A DNA stretch of 64,000 nt from Lingula anatina (Eukaryota > Animalia > Brachiopoda): positions 41,890,788-41,954,787 of the forward strand of contig CM120640.1 in the NCBI GenBank assembly GCA_051362555.1, read 5' to 3'. Every line of letters begins with the position of its first letter. Within the stretch, counting starts at the first letter, position 1. The notes beneath the pieces are model-generated. The model ran no database searches and was not told the origin of the DNA. It was given only the letters and a program-made list of their open reading frames with translations. This document shows positions 50,889-64,000 of the stretch, piece after piece. Both the position numbers and the translations under genes were made by a program.

Positions 50889-53800
50889 TTAATCACATGA
50901 AAACAATGAAATGGAAACTGCTCAATTTTACTGTCTACTGAGGTAACATCAGTCATAACCAGTTTCAATCAAAAAGAGTTAGAACAAAGACATAGCTCCA
51001 TTAGCATATAAATAATTCTAGGATTATATGACAAAGTACTTAATTTCCAATTACATCCATCTTCTCCTGTCAACTGAAAATTGCTTTATTTTTAAGTTTA
51101 TAGAACACAATCAAAACCAATTAACCCATTTCATTCACTAAACCACATAAACTATCTGCCATCTGACAGTTAAAATGAAGAGTGATATATCTCTAACAGA
51201 GAAATAATTACTAACACAAGCACACAGAGAAACCATCCACAGCCTCTCCCAGGGCAAAGCAGCTGTCCTTACTATGTAATACCTGGGATAGATACTGGCA
51301 TGGCCACGCAGGGCCTGGTGAGTAGTATATCAACTAACTAAATACAGCCATCATGTGCCTTTGCCAGACTAGCAGGTAAATATGCAAATAAAAAAATAAG
51401 TATTTAAATAAATGAATAAAATTTACCTATTATAAAACATCTCTTCCTTATCACATCAAAAGCACTTTTAATTTTGATATATATCTTTTTTTTTATGTTA
51501 TTAGCTGAAAATATTAAGATAAGTACAATAAAAGTGAATGGATAAATATTATTCACTTTCGTCTTATGTACAGAAATATCTTTTCAGTCAAACCTTTTAT
51601 TCTGATTGCAATTTTGTAGGCAATTCGTACCCAATGAAGACAAAACATACAACAGAGAGCAGACAACCCTTATCTCACTACCTGCTCTAACAGGGATCTA
51701 GACAGAGGTACGAGGAGGCCCTCAGAGGCCCCCTCAATTGATCAGATCAGCACCTGATCATTAACCAAACCTAATAACAACCCAGTATTTTTTGTTCGTG
51801 TTCAAAGCAGCACAAAGCCCAATCCCCATTTGTCACTACCGCCTATTGATCCACGGGCCACAGGGGAACCATTGATGCCTGATCATTACACCTTGATGTG
51901 TACAGATTAGAAAAGGTCAGCTCTGTGGTAGAACAGTCTTAATTACGGTATTTTGGTCCTGTAGAGCTTTACACATGGCCCCTCACTATGACAGTTATCG
52001 AAATGATTTTGGTTATCCTTTTTCTGTGCCTTATTCGGTTATTGGCAATCCTTTTATTAATGGATTGTAAGTTTTGATAAAAATGCTTATGCTGGGAAAC
52101 CACAAGATGCATTTTGACCACAAATGAGCAACCTTATTGGAGGGTATATAGATTGCCTGTCAGTTGCTAATAAAACTTAAATCTTTATGAAAACCTTCAC
52201 ATTTTATGTTCTGACACATCAAAATGTGTTTTTCTTTCTTATTTAGCAAAATGGGTTTATTGTTTAAGTCAGGTTTTGCTTTGCCACATTAAATTTTGTC
52301 TAATTATTTTTTTCTTTCATTTCATCTGAGAAATCATGGTATAGTTTTCTGTCCTTCACTTGCTCTATTACCTAGCTGATGGGGCAATTTTCTCAAGTAA
52401 TTGACTTCTTGTATGTCAGCAAATTTGTTCTTTTTGATAATTTAGTTTAAACATGTTCAATTTTGCACTCAACATGTTGTGGTCCCTAAACTCATCAACA
52501 ACTATATAACATCAAAGAACTCATTGGCCTTAATCTGCAAGACTGATGACTTTTGTCTTATTGCATTTACAACAAAATTAACAAAATTTACTGAGAGAGC
52601 TTTATGCAGATATGAACATTACTGCACATATATGCACAGATACTTGCACAAACAAGAACTGGTGCCTGCCGGCTGCGTAATGCAGTTGTCTTCAAACATA
52701 ACTCACTTTGCTACCCTAGTTATCAAGGTCCATCTGATCACTTAAGGGAAAAATAATCTTTTTGGTAAAATCCCTCATTCAGCAACTTGATCCGTTAAAA
52801 AGAAGAAACTTTTTGTCAACCTTACCTCATTACGTTTCAAGTGAAAATCATTACTTCACTAAACAAAAGATAATATATAGTACTACATTGCTGACCTTTT
52901 CTCAAATAGTTTTCCAAGTCCTTGAAGGCGTAAGGTAGATCCAATAGCAACCAGCTGATACTTACTGTGGTTTTTCTAGGGCTTTAGAGGAGCCAGATAT
53001 CTCTTGATAAAAATGACCTCAGCCAGGCAGCCCAGCACCAGATATAGTAGACTTAAGCAAAATCTAATCACAATTTTACACAAAAAAGATCCAAAATTGA
53101 AGGCTGCAACCCAGCAGGCTGTGCTCACTGGGCACTTTTCTGGCTCAATGAACCTGACAGATCTCACCTCTGGTAGAGATTAAAGCACCACCAAGAAAGA
53201 GTGTCAATCAGCCAAAGCTTGCCCTGCTGGGGGCATTGACCAAGGAAAAGCAAACATGTCAAAATATCAAACATGTAGTTATTATTTCCATATGTGATTT
53301 ATACTTACACATTTCTTAAATGAAAACATATTTTGCTCTGCCCTCCTGTAGCTCCAAACTCCATGTTAAAGTAACCCTTGAATCATGATTATATTTATAG
53401 TCCTGATGTGATTCAACAAAGTAGGGGTCAGCTAATTAATTTTCTGTTAAATTTCATTTTAGTCTGGAGGCAAGTCAAGTTTTATTAACCATATATCTTC
53501 ATTAAGTTATGCAATCAACATGAAGCTTGGGAAATCCTATCTTTCTTTCCTTCACACTGGTAACATTAATATTGGCCAGAGGAAGCCATGATGTAATCAA
53601 TTTAGGGTGAAATTAATTGACCAGATAAAGGCATGATGTAACTGTAATCTTGTATTACTGTTTTGGCATTTACGATAATATCAATAAGTGTATAAAACTG
53701 GGGTCAACAATTTCTTAGAATTAACAGAAATACAAGACCGTATAACAAAGGGTGATTTACCTCATCCAAATGCATCCAAAATGTCCCGAGACCACTAATA

Positions 53801-56800
53801 AGAACAAGATTGTTAAGATTGAGGGAAAATGTACCTGGATTTTGCCTTGCCCTAATTACTTTTCTCCAGCAGTGAATCTGTAGTTAATGGCAACATTTCC
53901 CTAGAGGGGAGATTACTCTCAAACTTTCCCAGATGCATTAGTCAGTAAAAAAATTCCTGCCCTATCTAGTCTATTTTCAATATAATTTTGACATCAGGTC
54001 AAACTTTTTCTCTGTAAAAAGTTTCATTTGGACAGGAAAAACTCAATTTAAAGAAAAGGAGATTTGAACTAGTTTGTAAAAAAACTTTTCAACATAATTT
54101 TCTACATAGACTGAAGATTTTACAGGTTAAAAAGGCATGATGTAGAAAGACAAACTGCACTAAAAAAATTCTAAACCTGGACCAGAAAGTCTGCCAGCAT
54201 GACAGCTGTACAAATGACCTAGAGTATTCTTTAATCACTAATGTTACTATCAATCACCACCTAAATGGATTTTAACGGTATTGCTTTGCCCATTTCACTG
54301 GCATTAATTTAGAGGGTTTTCATTTTAACTACACAGCCATCACATCCCTGTCTCCAAGAACAACTGTTCTCATCAGTTTCACTGAGATTTCTGAGAGATT
54401 TTCCTGGAAATAAAAATCATGAGTCATGCACTGTTACCAGGACTGTCATCGGAAGATAAAAAGACGAAAAAATCCATGCAATTACACAAGAGACCTGGGG
54501 CTGTCACAGTTTATTAATCAAAGGGATTTGACAGCTTAGTCTTCCCTATTCTGTTAATCACCCAGATCAGTGATCCAGTGAAGCAGAACTAGTACACCCA
54601 CGAGCACAAATCCTGATTCTGATCAGTTGCATAACCCATTGATTCCCAATATTCTTCACAGTCTGAGACAAAGCTGGTAATCTGTACCTCAGGATATTGG
54701 AATGTGTGGATTCTGGAGGGTTAAAACAACAAAACTAATTAACAAGACTGTATATTCTTTGTAACCTTCTGACCTATAGTCACTCTCTTCTTTGCTCACA
54801 CCACCACCAAAGCTGCACCCACTGGGCTATTGACCACTGGAGGAATTTTAGTGTCATATAAGCTGCACTCAACTTACCTCAGCTAGCATAATGAACCTGG
54901 ACTAGTAATCTTCAAAATGAACCTACAAACTAGAAAAGAGTTGAATTGCCCATAGATATGATGTGATATTACAATCTTTTTTTTTTTTTCAAAGTTGAAA
55001 ATTTTTTACCTTAACATTACAAGCTGGAAATATCTTACGAATTTGTAGAGAAACCTTTACATCCATCAAACTGGTAAGCCAGACAATGCCGAAGTAAATA
55101 CTGAAGACCCAAACAACTTACAATGTTAAATGTTTCTTCATAACAAAGAAAAAACTTTATTACCAGCAAGCCTGAACATGTGTTTTTTCAGCCACTGTGT
55201 TGACATATTACCTCTCTTTATCTCTGACTTGCTGGCACAGCTGACAATGAGAACACTTAGTATGTCATCACGTTCTAAATCTAGAATCATTGTGTGAAGA
55301 AATACTCCTAAAGAAAGTTGCAGGGATAGGTGATCAAATTACACTATTGCTTAATTTTTATACTTCCTTTAATATCTCTTACAACCATTGGTTTTACCCC
55401 AGTTGGATCTGTAAGAAATATGACTGCTGAACTATGCCAAAGAAAACAATGAGGAGTGGCAAGTTTCAATAACTAAAATCCAACAACGTCTGCAAAACTG
55501 AAAAATATTTCAACTTGTTTTTATGGCCAACTGTGTTTTCAAATGTTTTCAAACTCCTGACAAAGAAAAACAATGCAGGCAAAACTGGATGCAACCTGAC
55601 TGCAAAACCAAAATCCACTAAAATTTTAGGCCCCGTGAGACCAAATTTCAAGTTTTTTCCCTCTTGAAAATATGTTTATTCTTTTGCTTGGACTAAAAAA
55701 CCTAGACATGAGTTCCTAAGTAAGTTTTATATAAACTGTATACTGGGGCTTTGAGATAATCTCAGCACTGGCCCCCAGCCATTAGAAACTCCCTGACCTT
55801 TAAGAGTCTGCCTCTACAAAAACACACATTAAATCCAAAAGCCTAAGCAATATTTTGTCCCTACCTTGAGAATAATGAACTCGAGTCTGATCTCAGCTTT
55901 GGTCATTGCAATCAAATCCAATTCAGAAACATGAAACCTATGTTACACGAAAAGTCTCCATCCTTTCTGCACTTTTTTTCAAGACAATCTTCCTGTTCTG
56001 AGACTGAATGACGGCTGCCATCAGCTAACAATGCTAAAGTGAAGGCCACCTGAACTTCAAGAAGGAAGAGGGTCATTACAGCCCCATCCAAGAAAAGCAG
56101 ATGTTTCCTGCTGGTTTTAATCAGGCCCTAGTGAGCACCTCGGTAGGGTCAACAATGGCAGTTAATCCCACCTCTTTCTGCACCTAGGTTTCGTCTCTCA
56201 AAAGAACTTACACCCACATATTGGTCTACACTTTAAGACCAAAAATTTGATCATCTTCAGTTCATTATAAACTTTAGTTCACTAAATAGCACTTTTGGTA
56301 CGTATTTTCTATATGTCCTTCTTATAATAAAACTTTGCAATATTTCACCTGATACAAATATCTCTGGCTCATCTCATGTCCAATTTGACTAAAATTTTGA
56401 CCGTTAAGTCTCTTTGGCAAAACAGGACAAAAGTGTTGCATGTTCAAGGTGGTAGCAAAAATGAGGCCACTACTGCCATCATATTATAGCAACTCTTAGG
56501 TGCTTTCAACAGGAATTTCTTTGAAACTGCAGTTTTAAAGCAAGGGAAGTCATGCCCTGACCTTGAGCCCAAGTTTCAGTAGGAAGCAGTATAAAGAGAA
56601 GCCTTGTCATAACTAAGTTACCAGGGTGGGGTCCTTAACATCAGGGTCCTTAACATCACATACTTAAAAAGTAAATATATCACCCTGTACTAAGAACAGT
56701 GAAAGAATGCACTTGTTATTTATCCTCGCTGAATATCATTTAATGTATAAAATTTAATCTACTTGGAACAATGTAATGTTGGAGCTTGTTCCAGAGTGAA

Positions 56801-59800
56801 GTCCTTATTACTTCCCCATAGGAAAATGTGCCCATTTTTATCAAAAAAATGAAAGTAAGGAAATAGGCTGTTATATTTGACCTTAAATCCACTGGGTTAA
56901 TAAATTAAATTTGAGAGTTTATTGCTTGATTTTAAATAAATATTGCTGCATTTTATCCCCAAATCTTCTAAATTGAAGACTTCCTTTATCACTTCTACCC
57001 TAATGTTTCAAAAATGAAGACACTTTGTAATTTATAAATTGACATCTTATATACTTATTGAAAGTTTCCAATATGATAAGGGAAAATAACTGCCATCAGA
57101 GCACATGGTTGTTTTTATTACATGTACCTTCCTTCATAAATGTCTGAACCTTTTCTACATAAAAATAAAATTTAAATCATGCAGGAGGTTGTAGCATATA
57201 TCACAGATGAAGTGGTCTATCCTTTATTGCATATTCTTCCCTGATAAACGACACCAATTACAATTCTAACCACCAAATACAAATTGGTGAATAATATGAG
57301 ATTATCTTTCATCGTGGGAAACTTTTTATTGGTTGTCAAATTCTCAACTTGGGTTAAGGATAAGTTTCCTTTTGAAAAACAAGTACTTTTGACCAGCAGG
57401 ACATAGAGGACAAGAAAAATAACAGAATATCAGTCACTGTTTATCAGAAACTAAGCATTTGTTTTGATGAAAAAACATTTGATCAAAGTTGTGCATTCAA
57501 TTACCAAGAAAGTTTTAACAACTGGCTGAAGTTTCTTTGACATTCTTATCAACTCACCTTGCTAACAAATCTGGTCCATTTGAAATACTGGTAACAAGAA
57601 TCTTACGTTCTACTTAATTCAGTGTACTTCCTTTCTTATAATTGCAAAATGAAACTGGCATCACAGCCAAGTAGCCTAGAACCACTATCCTGTTCAACCA
57701 ACTCAAATTTCACTTTTATACTGATTCCCACATGAGGGACCCTCTCAATCACAACAGATTCATATACGGTCCCTCAGTGATATCAGCACTGTGGTGCCCT
57801 GATTCTCTGTACACATTTTCTCAATCACGATGATCCATAAAATGGCCTGCAATAGAATCAATAGGGTCCAGAATGAAGAAAATATAATTCTACCACAGAC
57901 TGTCCATGTTCCCAGGCAACAGCAAATTGATGGATTCAGGTTATAGATGTAATCAATTTACATCTAAAGATTAGGTGGCCTCCCCTAAAGAAATGATGCT
58001 CTTTCAATAAACAAACATGAGCCAAACAGGCTAAACTTCTATCTTGTATTCAATACTATAATACAAATTTGCTCTTGTCTTCAAATAATATTTATGAGAT
58101 CTTTTTTTTATAACTTTCAGATGATGAGAGAGAGAAAGAGAAAGAGAGGGAGAGAGTTCATGCTATAAACTGCCTACCCAAGATCAACAATATCTAAAAA
58201 AACAAAAGCTGCATATTTTTTCTCTCCTCTAGTAAAAAAATTCTTTTGGCAAACCGATATTGTCATCCAGGCTACTCCAATGGGAAAACTTGCCTCTCAA
58301 AATACAGCATTGCTTTTCTTACTCCAGGCAACTTAGCAAAAACTGTTAACAATATCAACCTCCAAGTGGCTTTAATTAAATGGCCATGATTGAATTTCAA
58401 CAAATTTAGTGATTGTTATACTATGGTTGTTATTTAGAACTTCCATTTGAATAATCATATTTTCGAAATCTTGACATTCTCTTTCCTCTTCACTGTCCTA
58501 TGAAGTTATTTCTTTCAAATTCAGCTGGGGTTTTATTGAATCAAATTGTGTTATTTTTCAAAATATTTTCCAACTCAAATTTACAGATCATTTGCACTTA
58601 CTATACAATCTCTCTCCTCCCCCCCCCCCCCCCCCCCCCAATAAAAATTCCCAACAAAACACACTGAATATATTTATTACAGAACAGAAAGGACCTTTAT
58701 AGGAAAAAATGCCCAGTTCTGTATTTCTTATGACTATCCTCCAACAAATAGTTATTCAATCAAGAGAGACTGAAAATAGTCTATACCCAATGGGCATATC
58801 CGCTTCATTAAACTCAATCAAACATAGATCTATTTTCTAAGCTCTATCTAGCTGAGACATCAGATGTGCAACTAAATTCTCCAAGGCCACACCATGCATA
58901 ATGCCCCATTGGGGCCTCAAACTTAATTAGTTGGTCCACCTACAAAGGGCTAGAGACAAAACCATTTTAAACATGCATTTTTATGGTTTAGAACCATCAA
59001 ATTTGAATTGGAGATTTTTTTAAAATAAAATACACACATGAACATGGCATGTTATTAAAGTTCCAGTGGCTCTAGCTGCAAATGATTAGTTGGGTCTGCA
59101 CTACTTAATCTTTAGACAATTACTTCACGCTAGACCCCAGGGCTGCCGCCACGAACAAGGCATTAGAGGTTCTAAGCGGATTTATGGGAAGGGATTTCTT
59201 CTTCTGTTGCAATTAAATAACTTTATTATTATCAGATCAATACTCACTTGAGCTTTATCCAAGAAGGGATTTGTAAATAACCAAAATTCCCTTGGACTTT
59301 ATAGGTCTACAAAAAATTTATAAAGCCTAAATTCTTTCTTCATATTCTCATTTTCATGGATATCAGTGTGGTGACTTATACATGGTAATTGCTCGTTTTT
59401 TTTATTTGTTAATTTGATTCCTAAGGGAAAAACTCATTATTTATTCACCGTGCCAGCTATTGCTGTTAATCGCTGAAGGCAGAGTGGGTTTTTACAGGGA
59501 TGGTACAACACATGCAAATAATAACCAGTTTTTGAAGAGTTCTTCTCTCAATTTGAAATGGCTTTTTCATTTAAAAGAAAAAAACTGATGCTTATTAGCT
59601 GTCTATCTTAATTACTGCGTAACTCAGTCAGTTAACTACTCAGGCAAGGCAAACCATTATGATGCCAACTAAATTCATTACAGTTAACCTGATCATTGGA
59701 AAAAGTACAAGCCAAGCTAATCCAGACTCTTAGAAAAGTAACAAATCTCCATCTGTTTCTGTTAGTATACAAGTGAGCTGAAATACCCCAGCAACCACTG

Positions 59801-60372
59801 AGTGGCAGATTGAGAAAAGCACGTGGTTTGTGTTATATAAACATATGTCAATTTTTTTTACAGCTTCAGTATTTTTTAATGAAACAAATAAAAAACATCT
59901 GCAATATGTCTACTCAATATACTGCTTTCACAGTTTTTTTAACCCACTGAAGTGTCAAGAAATCTTGACTTTTTTATTTGAAAATTTAGGACCAGGTGAA
60001 TGAGGTTTATTTCAATCAAAATGAACTATATATTTTTAAAAATATATTTTCAATTCATAACCTTGCTGTTTTCAATCTCAACCCTCAAGTTTATGATTGC
60101 AAACCTCGAACCACGACATCATAACAATGTAAATATGGAAGCAATGCATTTTCAACCATCTCCGGCACATATAATATGGAAACTACAGAAATTCAGTGGA
60201 TTAACAGTTTGGGATTTGCGATACGGTGCTCACCACCATAAATTTTAAGTTTCTGCCATGATATTACAGTTTGAGTCATTAATTCAGCGTATGTGATCAC
60301 AAACTTTAGGCTTGAAATCAAGAACCATCTTATTCTTTCTTAGGGCATGATTTATTTTTAATATCTCCATTA

Positions 60373-60925
60373 GGGTGTGCTTATGTGTTCTGAAGGTATG
60401 GTTTCCTGAAGGTTATGTATTTTGAAGGTTTGCTATTCGAAGGGTTCATTTATCTGAAATACATGTATGGGTACAGATAGAGTGCAAAGATATCAAACAA
60501 AATGCCAGTGGATACTAATGTAATAAAAGACGACGCGTGCTTTGTGAGATGCAACAGTTGATATTCTCATTGTGCAGCAATCCTAATTACAAAAAAGCAT
60601 AGGAGGGTGAAATGCACATTATGTTGTGCTATAAAGGTAAACCATTAGATGTAATCCTAAGGAATAACTCACACACGAAAATCTTCAATTGCTAATAAAT
60701 GAAAACCTGAGAGAGCCTCTTAAGTTTGACACAGAGGTCAGTGCTCACCCCAATTACGCAACTACTATTTTGTAGCTATTGTATCTGCACCTTCAGAAAT
60801 CGTATTGAACTCTTTTTTTCTGTGATAGTGAACCTTCTGAAAACTGGTTGATTTTAGATCAAGACTTCATATTTTTTGGAATATCAAACTTAGAAATACT
60901 GAACTTTTGAAACATAGGGCAGCCC
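60373..60925. mobile_element. Degenerate non-autonomous DNA transposon with short subterminal repeats
   Basis: Repeated (c/t)gaaggt motifs about every 16 bp at the left end, with inverted aacctt/ttc.gaa motifs at the right end; termini GGG...CCC. Confidence 0.4.
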
Positions 60926-61026
60926 CCCCCCCCCCCCCCTCAAATATCTACTTGTCAGTTTCACCATTGTCTTGGCAAAATGAAATACCATATGTCCCTT
61001 ACCTATCTTTGCATGTATTACTTTAA

Positions 61027-61241
61027 GGCTCTGTTCTCACAACTTTTAGATCGATCTATCACCGCGGGGAGTCTCACTAGATTACTGTCAGATAATCCCC
61101 CTTAAGTGTCCGTCCCCGCCTACTACAAGCTTTAAGGGGTAATTAACTTTCGTGTCCGCCCGGCTGACAGCTATTTAGCGTGAACCCCCAGGGAGTTAGG
61201 TCGATCCAATATAGGTCGATCTAATCTATGAGAATGGGGTG
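61027..61241. mobile_element. MITE family A copy
   Basis: TAA on both sides; closely similar to 39122-39340. Confidence 0.85.
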
Positions 61242-63220
61242 TAAGTCTAACATAAAGACATGCTAAACTGTAATCAACTCAATCACACTAAAGAAACCCT
61301 CATAACTGCTAACTTGAAGGCTGTGGATATCTGAGCACTGCAAATTAATCCTGTTGGAGTATGCAAGCTGATTTTTAACTTTCTATTCATGAATTATCAG
61401 AAGTAGCATTTTTACACTGGTTTTGAGCCAACGTAAACTTATTTCAAAATTTTATGGTAATGGTGAACACATGAACCTCCCAATCACTAATTCTCTGCAG
61501 AAAAAAAAATAATAAAAAGGGATTTTTCACCACTGTTCCGATTCATCTTCAGAAAAACTTTATTTAAGGTCACAAGTAATGCAGCCCTGGGAATAAATAA
61601 TTTACATAAAAATATCAATGAAAACATTGGAGGATTTCATTTCAGCACTAAAGATTTTCAGCAGTGATGCGTGTCCCCAGCTAATCCAGTTACAGCCTGT
61701 CACTGCTGCCTTTGGAGATCTGTCAGTAATTAATTGAATTAAATTGCCTTCTGCCGACAAGTCCATGTGAAAAATTAACTACACTGCTCCTAGATGGACG
61801 TCATTAAAATGCCATAGGTTACCATTTTGGTAACTAGATTGAGAGTCACCATGTTAAAATTCCCTTAATCTTTTCTCTTGCTACCTGTGGAGGACTGCCT
61901 TCCTATAAAGAATGAAAAACTAAATAAGCTTGGACAAAATTTTTAAATAATTTATTTATTAATAGTATTATTTCATTTTTGTAAATGCTTCTTGGCAGTC
62001 TTCTACATATTTTGTACTTAGAATGCCTGCTCTTCTATCTCCCTACTGAAAAAAAAATTATCATCCTTTCTTGTTGGTCTTGTATAAAGGCATTTTAAAA
62101 CAAATAATTTTGTTGCAAAGAAATACCTACTTCTGACTTAATCTAAACACAGGATTTTTTAAATCACCTGGTGAAAGCATATCCTGGCTCTAAACACTTT
62201 GGATAGTAAAAAAAAAACTGGCATGTGCAGATACGTAGATACAAAAAATCCACAACTGAATGAGAACAAATGAATCAGGAAAAATGAATCCCAAATGCCA
62301 TCTCATAAATTAATAACAATGAAGATTTGCCTTTAATCTAATAAATGGATCAGAAAATGTGTTGTTCCAGACTACCCAAGGGATTTTTTGTAAAAGGTAA
62401 TTAGCACCCATGAATTAACGTCTGGAGCCATTAGCACCATAAGCTCATCTGTATGCTAATGTAATAAGTAGTCAGGTGAGTGAATGACAGTTTGTAGGGG
62501 GCTTATATACTGCAGAGAAAAAACTACTGATAGACGAACTAGAGAGCAATCCTAACGTACATATCTATGCCCAGAAAAAAGGCAACAAAAATTTCTTATA
62601 TTAGGATACCAGATTCAGTGAAAATTGAGACTGCTTCTTTCCCTGCTGAAAAATTGTCTAGCCTGACAATTAGATCAAAATATACGAAGAACTTTTCGTG
62701 ATATATTGTCCACTAGTGACTTTCTAACAGACACATCAACACCAATGAAAACATAAGGTATAACTCACTTTAATAAAAAGCAACCACAGGTATAACAAAA
62801 ACTGATTGCAGATGTAATATATTACATACTCCCCCCCCCCCCAAAAAAAAAAAAAAAAAAAAAAAGACACATTTGCATGGTAGCAGACATGCCATCCCAA
62901 CACAGGAACAGTCCCCTCTATTGTGTAACTTGGTGGATTGATTCTTGGCGACTTCTCTCCTCATAAGATACATGGATGTGACACAGAACTGTCATAAAAG
63001 GTGCATTGATGGCGTGGGATATGGTTGGTACACAGAAGCAAAGTGACAATGATGAAAGCAAAATCCATTATGGAAATAATTCTTCCTGATAAATCATTTT
63101 ACTTTAAGAGCAAATGAAGTTATTGCCTGACATAAACAAGAAAGACAAAAATTAAAACTTTGTTTTGAAAAGTACTCGAGCTACTTCTACTGCAACCATC
63201 TTAATAAGAATACTTTTTCT

Positions 63221-63268
<48 letters not shown>

Positions 63269-64000
63269 AGCACGTTTCCATCTTCACTTTGGAATCCTGA
63301 ATGTCATGTTTTCAAGTAATGAAATCACTACCAGTACTTAAATATTGCATTTTTACGCTATTAATTACTTTCCATTAATTAAATAATTCCTGAAGCAGAA
63401 GACTTTTTCCCTTCTCTCCACATCTATTGTTCATTTCCTGAATGGTAAAACTGATAAGGCTGCCTGATAGAACAAACTAATAGTTCATTTTTCTGCATCT
63501 GTTCAAATTAACTGCAAATCTATAATGGATTCACTTGGCTGTCAATGGGTTTCTATATGTTCTTGAAGAAATTCATTAGAAAAAGAATAAACCTTTTATA
63601 TACAAAATGAGGAAAAAAACAAGGAAAATCCCCGTCTTAACCAGTTCACTTCAATATCATTCTTTGTATTCTTCCCTTACACAGCCTTAATTCTATATTC
63701 ACATACAACAACTTCTGTGCTTTGCCCATGAAAAACAATACAAGAAACTCCAATTAGCAACAATGGGCAGTCCAGCAAATTAAAGTGTCTCTGGTGACAT
63801 ATCACTGCTGCCAAATGCATAGTTCACTGCAGCCTCCAAATCATTTAAACAGAAGCCAAGTCTTGATAATGGGTATCAAACCGACAGGGAGCTGTATTGC
63901 ACTGGTGCTGATCAAAGAAGACCAAATCCATAGTTTGTGCAACCATCTATTTGCTAAGTTATAGATGACCTTTCCAAAGGTTTACTTGATCAATTCCCCA

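Overview
AT-rich, intron-containing animal genomic DNA. The transposon families and gene set suggest a non-vertebrate, probably a lophotrochozoan such as a mollusc (inference). Six protein-coding genes can be assembled by hand: a small secreted LRR protein (-), a GH27 alpha-galactosidase-like enzyme with an inserted ricin-type lectin domain (+), a KLF10/11-type Kruppel-like factor (-), ornithine decarboxylase (+), and two tandem single-coding-exon heparan sulfate 3-O-sulfotransferases (-). The top signal is absent from the ORF track. The spliced ODC 5' leader encodes an AUG-less, intron-split upstream ORF ending FNAEPPWDPS*, which matches the polyamine-sensing uCC peptide of AZIN1/ODC homologs. 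A candidate extra exon would give it an alternative AUU start. The KLF10/11-ODC adjacency mirrors vertebrate KLF10-AZIN1 and KLF11-ODC1 linkage. Intron 2 of the galactosidase holds an 8.2 kb non-autonomous CMC/EnSpm-like element with nested Kolobok-like and Helentron-type (HINE) insertions. There are many MITEs. No coding sequence was recognised after about 42.6 kb. All calls come from reading the sequence by eye; no searches were run.
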